Numbered from the stretch's first letter, positions 50,701 through 60,516 are shown. The stretch is DNA of 64,000 nucleotides from an uncultured archaeon (GCA_964486045.1 CAZALK010000001.1:648242-712241), one strand, 5' to 3'. Notes: generated from the sequence alone by a model not told the origin. A program made the numbers and translations.

Positions 50701-52250
50701 TAAATAGCATAATTGATGAAAAGAAAAATATAATCATTAATACACAAGAAATTATAGAAAAGTATCAAGAGGAACAAAATTCATTACAAAATGATATTGA
50801 TGCTCTCGCTTTAAAAAAAGATAATTTTTGGGAAATGACAAGTAGTATTCAGAAACAGATAGGAGATAGAAATAAAGAACTAGAAGAAGTCATGGATCGA
50901 TTGAGAGCACTTGAAAATGTTATGAGGACAATTAACACAATTGAAGACATAACAAATGAAAATGTTGAAGCAAAAGATAATATTGAAATTAGTCTAAAAC
51001 AAATAAATGAGTTTAATTCTCAAGTAGATGAAATACAAACTAAAGTAGATCAAACCCAAAAGATAGTAGATTCACTCAGAAATGAAAAAATTAAGGAATT
51101 AGAATCACAAAAGAGTGCCCAAAAAGAATTAAATAAAATTAATAAGGATTTACAAAAACACCAAAAAAAATTAAATGAGTTAAATAAAAATAAGGAAAGA
51201 GAGCAAAAAATTGTTGAATTGAATCAAGAGATAGTAGAGACTGAAAAGCAAATACGATCGGTATTAAAAGAATTGGAATCTTTTAGAGGTGAGTTGGATT
51301 CAGAAAGTGTGAAAAAAGATGCCAAACAAGATGAAATTGATAGATTAGCCAAAGAAAAGGATAATTCTTGGAAGAAACAGAAACAACATCAAAAAATGAT
51401 TTCTGATTTTAAGTCAGATCTTTCAATGGAAAATTCTAAGAAGAACAATTTTGAATCCAAAAAAATCATCTGCGCTGATCAAATAGAAACATACTTCCAA
51501 AGATCTAAGGAATATGGTTCTTTACCACCTGTTACTGAAGACCTCTCGGAAGGTGAATTGCAATCAGATATTGTTGAAGCAACAAATAATAAAAAAGTCC
51601 TTGAACCTGTTAATTTAAAGGCAATTGAACAATATGATGCAGTAAAGGAAAGATTTGATGAAATTGACATGCGTAGGCAAACAATTCAGAGAGAAAGGAA
51701 ATCAATTCTAGATGCTATAGATAAAATTGAGCTGGAAAAAACGCGTACATTCATGAAATCTTATCATGAAATAAATCGTGAATTTTCACGGGTATTTCAG
51801 AAATTATCTCCAGGAGGTTCAGCAAAAATGATACTAGATCGTCCCGATAAACCGTTTGAAGGAGGAATTAGTATAGAAGCGAGACCAAGAGGTAAAAAGA
51901 TTAGTTCACTTGAAATTTTAAGCGGTGGTGAAAAAACGCTCGTGGCTCTCTCATTTATCTTTGCCGTCCAGGAATTCTATCCCGCGCCTTTTTACGTTTT
52001 AGATGAGATCGATGCGGCTCTCGATGGTCCTAATGTACACAGAACGTCTGTGGTCATACAGGAATTTTCAAAACAAGCGCAATTCTTGGTTATTAGTCAT
52101 AGAGAGGAGAATATCGTAAATTCTGATAGAATTTATGGCGTCACTATGCAACAATCAGGCGTAACAGATATCTTTAGTGTCGATTTGGAGGAAGAAGCAA
52201 AACGGTTATTAGATCTTGAAGATATCGAGCCTACCATTGCAGAAAACTAA
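47796..52250 (+). CDS. smc: SMC ATPase, unusually long and with no recognisable hinge
   Basis: FKSF, GPNGAGKSNIIDA, LQG, PVN.KAI..Y, LSGGEK, LDEIDAALD, ISH, and long coiled coils. Confidence 0.92.
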   Translation: MTYIKKISMTGFKSFGDRTVTIKLSSGFTCIVGPNGAGKSNIIDALCFALGRLSKKTMRAKSLEDLIFAGSRGKNPSQRASVTMFFDNSDNIFPGGTDTFEITRTIKRGGGGGYKMNGTKSTRQQILNALAAANIDPDGSNQFVLQGKIVELTHMNAERRRFFIEDLIGLQKYDEMKDSTLKELEKAERDLGQFEAIFNEVSSQLKKVEKEKNDALLWKEFDEQINSLNSQLIALKILKLRDEEDDLEKKIESSLKITEELKEKINRQESLLTQESLVMDNIQTTINEKEKEKEEITEVITQLKTKISSNQTTSNIAEQSIAKVHKEIENLTKMQMKLEQGQTIDILMEGVVYDINECENKIEEAKKEIEKRQQTQSELDSKIKNNEEEKSLFNSDISKIRQDISSNNAQIKVLKDNIKKNEDKKVKLEVELNKLKKDAESIDEAIDDAKKVEKVIRSQINNLKTQLVEENQKQKDLEKQINNFQEAKNQLNTKLINLQSNLSSLNTEINMNNGSIQDLNTKKTDIETKIQELSKGKDTEVVVKELLSQNEKVNKEINEQKGKLKKKNSNYKKNEQALELLKVKKESFGSELNDNKGKIDTLSTEVKIFTKEYTKLEREKNSLDLQVNTLNKNILNIEDELEKFSRKKDNVQGRLEDLSKEKENLLKKVESSEMEYEKNATDITGILQILNMLTQNINISVESIKGNIQQSNAEAIETSAEDFKKYVLDIVDIMKTVEELGSETEQVTETSMMLKSIMKTLKLFTDNADGTIFQLIEKVKESADVEIQSSTMTFDNFVQDLMEILENVYISLRKLTMSKSQELYKQLEEISENINSQTGDFNLIEKRLTEINIQTKFYTENASSINRRLDEINKRNLELNERISKSNQEINVRTGVINERKKEKENIEQEIQKLEGIKETFWDDISKIQDNIEKKQLDLENSRDKLHELHGIQNLFENIVEIEENIQKLNSIIDEKKNIIINTQEIIEKYQEEQNSLQNDIDALALKKDNFWEMTSSIQKQIGDRNKELEEVMDRLRALENVMRTINTIEDITNENVEAKDNIEISLKQINEFNSQVDEIQTKVDQTQKIVDSLRNEKIKELESQKSAQKELNKINKDLQKHQKKLNELNKNKEREQKIVELNQEIVETEKQIRSVLKELESFRGELDSESVKKDAKQDEIDRLAKEKDNSWKKQKQHQKMISDFKSDLSMENSKKNNFESKKIICADQIETYFQRSKEYGSLPPVTEDLSEGELQSDIVEATNNKKVLEPVNLKAIEQYDAVKERFDEIDMRRQTIQRERKSILDAIDKIELEKTRTFMKSYHEINREFSRVFQKLSPGGSAKMILDRPDKPFEGGISIEARPRGKKISSLEILSGGEKTLVALSFIFAVQEFYPAPFYVLDEIDAALDGPNVHRTSVVIQEFSKQAQFLVISHREENIVNSDRIYGVTMQQSGVTDIFSVDLEEEAKRLLDLEDIEPTIAEN

Positions 52251-52316
52251 TAAAAACGCGTTACAGACAACCAGACATTCCCACGAGAACTTGAGTTTAA
52301 AATAAAAATAAAAAGT

Positions 52317-55300
52317 TTAGATTCCTTTTCTGCATTTCCTACAAGGTTCAATGTTTTGGTTAACTAACCGTTTAAAGTATTTGGGGGTTATAGTAAACTG
52401 ATGTTGCCTCTGACATGTAATCTGTACTTTTTTAGTGTTGTTTACGTATTCAGAGAGGAGTTTATATTTCAAAAATTCGATCATCTGGACCAATTCTTTT
52501 TTAGCGGTTTGTAGTCGTTCTTTATTCGGATGGTTTTCATCTGCACAGATTTTACACCATCTTCCTTGGTATACAGCACCGGGGGTGGTGTTCCATTTGT
52601 GGTTTTTGTTACATTTTATAGTGATAGGTTTGAACCGTCCACTATACTGGGTAACAAGCTCCCCTCCCCTTTTCCTAACAAAGTGTTGAAATTTTTCAGC
52701 AAATACATCCCTATTGCATTTAGGGCACAGAATCTCAATTTTTTTAAAGTCCTTTTTTAACCAATACGGTGATTTTTCAAATTTATGTCCTTTCTGACAC
52801 CTGTATGTTATTAGGGTTTTAGCATTAACGTACTCACTAATTAAATCACAATTAAACATTTTCCCTATTTTTTGAAAAAACACTGTTGTCCCTTTCATAT
52901 TTCCCGCACATTCTGAACACCAGTTACCCATGTATACAGAATTTGGGGTGGTTGTCCACTGATGTCCTTTTTCACACATGAGAGTTACTTCTTTTCTCGC
53001 TGAGAAATAGGGTGTTATTAAAGCTCCGTCTTTCTTTTTGACATATGTTCTAAATTTTTCAGCATATTCATTTTCATGAATAATGAATTCTTTATAATCA
53101 TATCTAGGGATGTTTTTAAGAGTTTTTCCACTTATCCTTTCATATTCTTTTATAATATATTCTTGCATTTTATCGTAAGGTACAATTTCATCATCAGGAA
53201 TTTGAAGTAAAACTACATTGTTTTCTCCACATTTTTTTAATTTTAGAGCATCCTCTCTCATAATCTTTTGGAGTTCTTCATCTGTCATGCCAAAAGCTTT
53301 CTTCCGATGTTGTATTCCCTGATATTCAAATGCTAATCTTAAGTCTTTGCTATTTCCATCGAGTTCCATTTGATTACCGTTCTCATTAGTTAGCCACTCA
53401 GGATAACTTTTTGGAAAGGGTCTTTTAAAAAGCTTTTCAAAAAACCTTCTACAAATTGTCTCACTAATATATATATGACAATCCGGGCACCATGTATTAG
53501 AATAAACCACGCTATTATATGTAGTAAAAAAGTGATGTCCTTCAGCGCATTCAAGGTGTAGTTTCGACTTGGCATTTTTTAAGACTTTTGTATGACATTT
53601 CCCACCCTTTTTTTCTGCAATTTTCATTACAGTATCTATTGAAACATGTTTCTGTGTTCGGACATATTGCTGATATTCCTCTTTAGTTAAAATCCTATTT
53701 AATTGATTTCGAGTGGAGGTATCGCTTAACAAAAGCCATTCTTGTATATCGTATGCGTTATATTTCCCTGGATTCTCCAAAATTTGTGTTTTAATCACTT
53801 TATTCAAGATGTCATTATCTCTAATTTTTATTATTAGATCAGAAAAATTCAGGAGTACTTTTATCTGATCTTTAATAGAGTTAGTTTTATCATCTGTAGA
53901 AAAATTCACTAATTGTGTTTGTTTCACCTTTACAAAGTTTATAAAAGTCTTGGTTGGACGGAAATTTTTTATCCAATTACCAGATTTGTTAAATTCTGTA
54001 ATAAATTGTTTTATTAACTGATTTTCATGTATATAATGTAAAAATTCTTCAAATAGATCATACTCTTTCACATACGATTGTGAATATTGTTTGTTGAGGT
54101 AAGTAACTAACATATTTTTTTTTATATATTCATAATAATCCCAGCCCCATTTTACGTAGTTTTTAGTATGCTTTTCAAATGCATCTCCAAAAATTCCGAT
54201 TAATTGATTAATATGAAGTTTTTTCAAAATTGAAGCTATAATTTTTATATCTTTGTCAGTAAGGTCTTTTTTTCGTATTATTTGGTTCAATTGTGATTTA
54301 GACTCTTCACTTAATTCTTCTATAGATGTTAGCTTATGTCTTAATAATTCCTTCCAGTCTTTACTGACCAAGGATAGATTTTCATTTTTTCCTCTTTTTT
54401 CAGTTTCTTTAAGTTTCTTTAATTTTTGAGTTAGATGCGTGGTGAATCTTAGTTTTTCAGCAAGAATTTCATGTTTAAACCACCTAATTTTATTATTATA
54501 AAATGTTTGAAAAGCGCTCAGGTTTTTAAACATTTCTTCTTGGATATTAGTCATTTTTTCAAGCTTTTTACTTAAATTCTCAATTATTTCAATGTCGTCA
54601 TTTGTAGGGTTTGCTTTATTCAATAATTTAATTAATTTCTCGTATAACAGTCTATAGTAACGATATTTCTGAATTATATCTATCAATTCTTTTTTGTTTT
54701 CCCCTGAAATATCATCTTCATTAGCTTGTTGAATCCAATTCTCTAGTAGAACTTCCCAGTTTTCTTTTGATTTTTCAATTTCTTTTTTCACCTTCTTCTT
54801 TTGAGCTAAATTCTTTTGTTTCTCCAACCATTTTAAAAATTCTTTGGTTTCTTTTTTAGCATAAAGGGGTCTTTTACCTGTGTCCTGACGGTATTTCTGT
54901 TGTAGCTCTTTTTTCATTTCTTTGTTTTTTTGACTTTTCTGGTTGCTTTTTTGACGCTGTTGAGTAATAATCTTGCTTGTTGATGTTGGTTTTTGTGGTT
55001 GTATTTCATTTTTTAGAAGTTTATCCTTTTTTTTATTAGATTTCTCACTGGGTATTTTTTTAACAACCTTTTTATTTTCAGAAGAAATTTTTTTTTCAGA
55101 TTTTTCCGCTGGTTTTTTTGCTTGCTTTTTAATAAGCTCCGATTCCCCAAATTCCTTAGGATCGGTAATTAGTTCTAGACTTATTACTCTCTTAGGTCTC
55201 TTTTTCTGGGATGATTTTTCAGACGTCTCCTTTTTATTTACAGATTCTTCAGATTTTTTTTGACTATTAGCAGTTTTCGATTCACCAAGCTCTCCGGGAT

Positions 55301-56702
55301 CAGTTGCTAACTCAAGATGCTTTACTTTTATTTTTATTTTTTTTGAGTTTTTCGTTGTTTTTTTTGTTTTCTTTTCCGATTTTTTAGGATGGTTTTGAGG
55401 TAATTTGTAGTCATATTTTGTATTAACTATATGACTATATTCATAATGTTTATAATCCCCAAGCTCCTCGGGATCTGTGATGACCTCAAGTTGCTTGATT
55501 TTCTCCGGTTTTTTTTTGGGAGTTTTTTGTGGTTTCTTTTTTTTTGTCTTCTTCTCTTGTTTTTGAGGTTTCTTATGAGAAAAAATATAGTCGTACTTTG
55601 TTCCAACTATATGACTATATTCATAATGTTTATAATCCCCAAGCTCCTCAGGATCAGTAATTAATTCTAGCTCTTTAGCCTTAATTCGCTTTTTTTTCTG
55701 TTCTCTCTTTTGGATTTGTTCAGGAACTAGCTCAGGTTCTTGTTTGGGAGACTGTTCAGATTCTTGCTCAGATATTAATTCAGGTTCTTGTTTAGGAGTC
55801 TGTTCAGATTCTGGGGATATTTCCCCTTGCTGTTGATCATACATTTTTTCAAGCAAATCTTCAAGAGGTATTAATTCTGGGTCTGGTTGATGAGGAACAG
55901 GCTCCCCATTATCAGGATTTATGAGCTCCAGTTCTTCAAGTTCTCTTTCAGCTTCTTGTTCGGGCTCATTTTCAGATTTTACCTCAGGAGTTTGAGCAAT
56001 TTCATTTTCTGCTGTTTGATCCGATTCGATCTCACGGTCTTCCTCTGTTTCATAATCTCTTTCTGGATAAGTTGGAATGCCCATTTCCTCTAAATCTCCA
56101 AACATTTCAGTAACTTTTTGGGGATCTGCAGGAGGCATAGGTTCACCATCGGGATAAACCAATTCCGGATCTTCTTCAGATTGTTCTGAATCTTGGTCAT
56201 GTTCGCTTTCAGATTCTTCCTCAGGTTCATGGTCAGTTTCTTGATCTGGTATTTGATCAGGTTCATTGTGAATCGTAATAGTAACAGTTCCAGAATGATT
56301 TGGGTTGAGATTTCCATCAGAGTCTGATCCTAGATCATCATTAGGTTTTTCTTCGTTTGGGTTGAAGCTCTCTTCCTCTGGAATCTCATCTGATTCATCT
56401 ACATTGGGATTAAAATCATCCTCATCTGGGATTTCATCTGACTCATCTACATTTGGATTAAAATCATCCTCATCCGGGATTTCATCTGACTCATCTACAT
56501 TTGGATTAAAATCATCCTCATCCGGGATTTCATCTGACTCATCTACATTGGGGTTGAAGGAATCTTCATCTAAGGTCTCATCGGATTTATCAGAAATCTT
56601 TCCTTCCTCAGCTTCATCAGGACTATCTCCACTTTTTAAGGAGTGAATAATTTCAGGTCTATCGGGTCCAATATCGGAATCTAAAAAATCTAGATCTGTC
56701 AA
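52317..56702 (-). CDS. Giant repeat protein with C-terminal Zn-ribbon repeats and PD-(D/E)XK/Vsr-like endonuclease
   Basis: Acidic tandem repeats and four LELITDP.E.G repeats. Five C..xH.(F/W)..C..C units flank SE..C..MELDG..LAFEYQG.QH. AGGTGA RBS before the TTG. Confidence 0.8.
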   Translation of the reverse strand: MTDLDFLDSDIGPDRPEIIHSLKSGDSPDEAEEGKISDKSDETLDEDSFNPNVDESDEIPDEDDFNPNVDESDEIPDEDDFNPNVDESDEIPDEDDFNPNVDESDEIPEEESFNPNEEKPNDDLGSDSDGNLNPNHSGTVTITIHNEPDQIPDQETDHEPEEESESEHDQDSEQSEEDPELVYPDGEPMPPADPQKVTEMFGDLEEMGIPTYPERDYETEEDREIESDQTAENEIAQTPEVKSENEPEQEAERELEELELINPDNGEPVPHQPDPELIPLEDLLEKMYDQQQGEISPESEQTPKQEPELISEQESEQSPKQEPELVPEQIQKREQKKKRIKAKELELITDPEELGDYKHYEYSHIVGTKYDYIFSHKKPQKQEKKTKKKKPQKTPKKKPEKIKQLEVITDPEELGDYKHYEYSHIVNTKYDYKLPQNHPKKSEKKTKKTTKNSKKIKIKVKHLELATDPGELGESKTANSQKKSEESVNKKETSEKSSQKKRPKRVISLELITDPKEFGESELIKKQAKKPAEKSEKKISSENKKVVKKIPSEKSNKKKDKLLKNEIQPQKPTSTSKIITQQRQKSNQKSQKNKEMKKELQQKYRQDTGKRPLYAKKETKEFLKWLEKQKNLAQKKKVKKEIEKSKENWEVLLENWIQQANEDDISGENKKELIDIIQKYRYYRLLYEKLIKLLNKANPTNDDIEIIENLSKKLEKMTNIQEEMFKNLSAFQTFYNNKIRWFKHEILAEKLRFTTHLTQKLKKLKETEKRGKNENLSLVSKDWKELLRHKLTSIEELSEESKSQLNQIIRKKDLTDKDIKIIASILKKLHINQLIGIFGDAFEKHTKNYVKWGWDYYEYIKKNMLVTYLNKQYSQSYVKEYDLFEEFLHYIHENQLIKQFITEFNKSGNWIKNFRPTKTFINFVKVKQTQLVNFSTDDKTNSIKDQIKVLLNFSDLIIKIRDNDILNKVIKTQILENPGKYNAYDIQEWLLLSDTSTRNQLNRILTKEEYQQYVRTQKHVSIDTVMKIAEKKGGKCHTKVLKNAKSKLHLECAEGHHFFTTYNSVVYSNTWCPDCHIYISETICRRFFEKLFKRPFPKSYPEWLTNENGNQMELDGNSKDLRLAFEYQGIQHRKKAFGMTDEELQKIMREDALKLKKCGENNVVLLQIPDDEIVPYDKMQEYIIKEYERISGKTLKNIPRYDYKEFIIHENEYAEKFRTYVKKKDGALITPYFSARKEVTLMCEKGHQWTTTPNSVYMGNWCSECAGNMKGTTVFFQKIGKMFNCDLISEYVNAKTLITYRCQKGHKFEKSPYWLKKDFKKIEILCPKCNRDVFAEKFQHFVRKRGGELVTQYSGRFKPITIKCNKNHKWNTTPGAVYQGRWCKICADENHPNKERLQTAKKELVQMIEFLKYKLLSEYVNNTKKVQITCQRQHQFTITPKYFKRLVNQNIEPCRKCRKGI
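55405..55665. repeat. Duplicated ~75-bp coding block at 180-bp spacing
   Basis: Encodes ITDPEELGDYKHYEYSHIV.TKYDY twice. Confidence 0.85.
56356..56571. repeat. 48-bp coding tandem repeat (~4.5 copies)
   Basis: Near-identical units at 56395, 56443 and 56491, with degenerate flanks. Encodes DESDEIPDEDDFNPNV. Confidence 0.95.
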
Positions 56703-56708
56703 AATTGA

Positions 56709-58709
56709 TCACCTGAATCGATTTGAATACTTATATTCAGGCGTTTTAACAACAAAAATTTCTTGATTACTTCCATTTATAATAAGCGCATAACGAGGAT
56801 TTTGGAGAATAAGGTACTCTTGAGTTTTTAGATTATTAGTAAATAGCTTGCTATCTAAATGGCTAAGGCTGAATAGTATTTTAAGGTTTGGTAAGCTTAA
56901 AGCACAACTAAATAACCGATGGGGGGTATTATCTGAAATGAAGAATGATAATCCTTTACTCCGAAACTCTCTTATTAAATTGTTAAATATTAATTCCAAT
57001 TGCTCTCGTGAGATAAAATCATCCGCATTAGGGTTTGTCGTGATTGGTAATTCTAATATTTGGTAGGCTTCTTCAATCACTATTATGTTTTGAAGTTTAC
57101 CTGCTTCCACATCAGGAATAAGGGTTTTGACCATTTGAAAAATCGCATTAGACAATAATCTTTTAACATAAATATCACACATGGATAAATCAATAAAAAT
57201 TGTTTTTCCATTTCTCCAATCATTAAACCATTTAGGGATATTGTTAATCTGTAATAATTCTAAGGTCTTCTTCAGAATAGGATCAGAGAGAAGGGAAGGA
57301 ATCCGATTTTGTAGAGCTCTTAGAATATAGGTCTGATATTTCTTATGATATGGGTGTTCTATGAAATATTTTTTCAACCCATTAAACAAAGTCTTTAATG
57401 ATCGTGGTAAAGATCCATTTACTTTTATGAAAGCTTTCATTACAACATACAATATCTTATCAGAAGGACTTCCAAGCCCAAGAGATGATGCCAAATACGT
57501 CGCAGTTTCTTGAAGTGACTTGTTTAAATATTCTCCTTCATAAAAATAACTTAAATGTAAATCTGAAGATCCATACTTAAGAATTTTATCGGTAGTATAG
57601 AATCCCTCTTGTTTACCTTTCCCCAGGTTCAAGATTAGAATCCCAATATCAGGAGCATTATTATAAAATTGATTGCAAATATGACCTAATAGATAAGTCT
57701 TTCCTGCACCCGTTTGACCTCCAATAAAAACACTATTTGCAAAATGAGTTGTCGGCAGAGATTTGATTATCTTAGTTTCTACTCCATTAACTACAATATT
57801 ACCAATTGAGATGGAATTCTTATCACTAATAGAGGAATAATTAATATTAACGAGAGGGGGACTATATGATTTTTGTAATGGTAAATCATCTGAGAAAGTG
57901 AAGTCAACCTCATCAGGGCTAATAAATGCCGGAACTCTCTCTTCAGGTAATTTGCCATAAATATAACAATAATAAGCGCCAGTATTTTGATTTTTATCAT
58001 TAATCCAAAAGACGTTAGAACTCATTATTTTTTCCCAAGTGTTAAGACGAGTTTTTTTAATGCAAGCACGCTCTCCTATTAAATTTCTTATACCCATAGT
58101 TAAATACTCCAATTTAGCCTCAAGTTGTACCGTCTTTAACTTATTATTATCAAGCTTATTATCTTGTATAATTCTAATAAAGATCTTGAGTTTATACATT
58201 TCAAATACAGAAACCTTGTCATATTTGTGAATATGAATTGAATCATCCTTTTGCCAGAATATATAGAATTGAAATACGTTAGTGTCCCGCATTTTAAATA
58301 ATTGGATAATCTTCTTGATGATATGAAATTTATCTCCCTTTAAAAATGGAATTCGAGGGAGAACTAGTTCATAAGTGGGGAATTCTTGTTTTAAAATAAA
58401 TAGACCAATTGGTAGAGCTGAGACTTCACCCGAAAGTCCAAGGAATCTTTCTTCTAAATTCATAAGGAACGAATACCCCCTTTTTAGGGCTTTTGATTCG
58501 GTTTCAGCATACATAATAAAGATGAATGAAAAGGTCTTGTTCAGTGTGAGTTCCAAACCATATACAGTTTGGTCTAGAAAAGGATCAAAAAGCCACGACA
58601 TGTCGATTTTAGCACCGTTGTGAGTTCTAGGGTTTACGAATTCTTGCGTTTCTAATTTAGTTGGGATTTGCGTAATTTTTACTCGTGCTTGCCAAAATTT
58701 TGTTTCCAT
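56709..58709 (-). CDS. HerA/VirB4/TrwB-like (FtsK-HerA superfamily) ATPase
   Basis: Walker A GQTGAGKT, Walker B IVIEEA, R-finger FRSKG. Start reassigned to ATG 58709, which has a GAGGGG RBS and avoids the overlap. Confidence 0.85.
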   Translation of the reverse strand: METKFWQARVKITQIPTKLETQEFVNPRTHNGAKIDMSWLFDPFLDQTVYGLELTLNKTFSFIFIMYAETESKALKRGYSFLMNLEERFLGLSGEVSALPIGLFILKQEFPTYELVLPRIPFLKGDKFHIIKKIIQLFKMRDTNVFQFYIFWQKDDSIHIHKYDKVSVFEMYKLKIFIRIIQDNKLDNNKLKTVQLEAKLEYLTMGIRNLIGERACIKKTRLNTWEKIMSSNVFWINDKNQNTGAYYCYIYGKLPEERVPAFISPDEVDFTFSDDLPLQKSYSPPLVNINYSSISDKNSISIGNIVVNGVETKIIKSLPTTHFANSVFIGGQTGAGKTYLLGHICNQFYNNAPDIGILILNLGKGKQEGFYTTDKILKYGSSDLHLSYFYEGEYLNKSLQETATYLASSLGLGSPSDKILYVVMKAFIKVNGSLPRSLKTLFNGLKKYFIEHPYHKKYQTYILRALQNRIPSLLSDPILKKTLELLQINNIPKWFNDWRNGKTIFIDLSMCDIYVKRLLSNAIFQMVKTLIPDVEAGKLQNIIVIEEAYQILELPITTNPNADDFISREQLELIFNNLIREFRSKGLSFFISDNTPHRLFSCALSLPNLKILFSLSHLDSKLFTNNLKTQEYLILQNPRYALIINGSNQEIFVVKTPEYKYSNRFR

Positions 58710-58722
58710 CAAATTTTCCCCT

Positions 58723-59484
58723 CTATTTGTTTGTATTGTAATATGAATGTCTTTCTTTTTCAGGATTATGTCTACGGCGTGAATATCTTTTAAAATTATT
58801 TCTATTTGATAGCTTTTCTGCAGCATATATATTTTTATAGAACAAATTACCAACGAAATGAAATCCGTACTTAAACACAAAATAAAATCCTGTAACTATT
58901 AAATATATAAGGAATTCATGAAACCCTTGTAAATAAAATACAGTAACACTTATAAACGTTAATAGAATTGATAATCCAATTAATAAAATCTGATACATTG
59001 AATGATTGAAATTATTTAGAAATGTTTTGGGAATAATTAAGAAATCCGTAAATGAGGGAGCCGCAGAAAGTGAAATAGAAATCATTATAAAAATAAAAAC
59101 AAAGAAAAATACTGGTTCTACTTGGGAATATAGAAGAGTTTCAAGTAAAAAGAAAAAAAGCCAAAATAAGATATAAAGCGGAGCTAACCCTATCAGAACT
59201 GCTTGTAAAAATGAAATTCTATGTGCTTGAACCTCTACTTCTCCATAGTATCCAAGCCTTCCTTCTTCCTTAAAATCTAATTTCTTAACAAAAGTTACAT
59301 TTTCTATAGGAGAACGAGTTATTATACACATAAGATAGTGGCATAATTCATGGATGACAATTCCTGCCACTGCTAAAACCTTAATAATGTCAGAAAATGG
59401 TGGAGGCACATATTTAAAAGCTAGATAAGAAAATATCACTGAAAATATCATAAACCCGATGATATATGGTATTTCTTCAAACAT
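58723..59484 (-). CDS. Membrane zinc metallopeptidase (M50/M50B-like)
   Basis: HELCH within a TM region, GLAPL and PS..D motifs, multi-TM. Confidence 0.8.
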   Translation of the reverse strand: MFEEIPYIIGFMIFSVIFSYLAFKYVPPPFSDIIKVLAVAGIVIHELCHYLMCIITRSPIENVTFVKKLDFKEEGRLGYYGEVEVQAHRISFLQAVLIGLAPLYILFWLFFFLLETLLYSQVEPVFFFVFIFIMISISLSAAPSFTDFLIIPKTFLNNFNHSMYQILLIGLSILLTFISVTVFYLQGFHEFLIYLIVTGFYFVFKYGFHFVGNLFYKNIYAAEKLSNRNNFKRYSRRRHNPEKERHSYYNTNK

Positions 59485-60516
59485 TTCAAATCATTTTTTT
59501 GAAAATTATTATAGTTAAAAGAAAATACAACGTGAGTATATAAAGAAAAATTTAGAATTTTCTTTCTCTAAAAAAAACAAAATGACAATACAAAATTGGA
59601 ACAAAAATAATAATTATATTAAAAATTCTTTGAAAAAAAAATAAGGATTTGAGAAAATTTGATTCTAAGGGAATAATAAACTAAACTCTTAAAAGTATGG
59701 TTAGTATTTCATAATTTTATTTATATTCTGCATAATGCTGGATTATATTATTCCATAGAACTTTTAGGCATGTATAAATTTTCTTTAAAATTGCTCCTAT
59801 TTTATTCCTGATTTTATGCATGTGATATATAAATGAATTTTTAGTGTAATTCCAGTAGTTCTTATTGCTTTTATAGAGTAGTCGTAACTGTTTTAAATTT
59901 AATGAAGTTTTTGAAAAATAAATTTTTTTTTCATAAATAGAAGTCTCAAAACTTCCAATAAATTGATAAGGATCAGATTACATAAAATTAAGCCATATTT
60001 TGAGTTGTCCTTCTTAAACCTTGGATTAAACTTTGAGAATTTAAATATTTTTATTGACGATTTTTAAAAACCAGAGATATATCGCTTATTATCTTGGTAA
60101 TCCTAACCTTAATTGTCATATAAATGATGTATATTCTAAAAACCCGCGAAAGGATATTAATTCAAAAAGACTTATTGCAGAGATAATAAAAAATATTGAT
60201 AGCAGTGGTATTTATGCATTAATTTCAAGAATAAAAATGGATATAAATAGACCAATGGATGATATAATAAATCCACAATACTAGAATATCGTGAAACCAT
60301 ATTATTTTAAATTGATGTATAAACTATTTGAAACACCATCTAGCCCATAAACATAATATCGGAATAGAATATTATAATTATCCTTATTGTGAATTTACCA
60401 CGAAACACAAGAGTAGTATCCCCCGTTATATTAGATTAAATCACCCCAATGATAAGGATTTTAAAATTCAAATTTATAAATTTCAATAATCATATATTAG
60501 ATAGAGGTGAATAATT

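Noticed and set aside
51930-52316. Integration site at the smc 3' end (higher GC, CAGACA repeat)
   Set aside because: The N-terminal head region is similarly GC-richer, and no duplicate of this sequence is visible in the window.
5406-58623. Short ORF-track entries nested in or antisense to longer genes (e.g. 5406, 10595, 21488, 27118, 35616, 40726, 54973, 56305)
   Set aside because: Shadow ORFs of well-supported genes, with no independent motifs.
58710-58880. N-terminal 57 aa of the called 723-aa ATPase ORF
   Set aside because: It overlaps the peptidase gene, and ATG 58709 has a clear RBS.
60054-60350. 76-aa ORF with possible TAG read-through
   Set aside because: No motif, weak TTG start and only ~21 further codons. 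More likely decayed sequence, with no pyrrolysine evidence.
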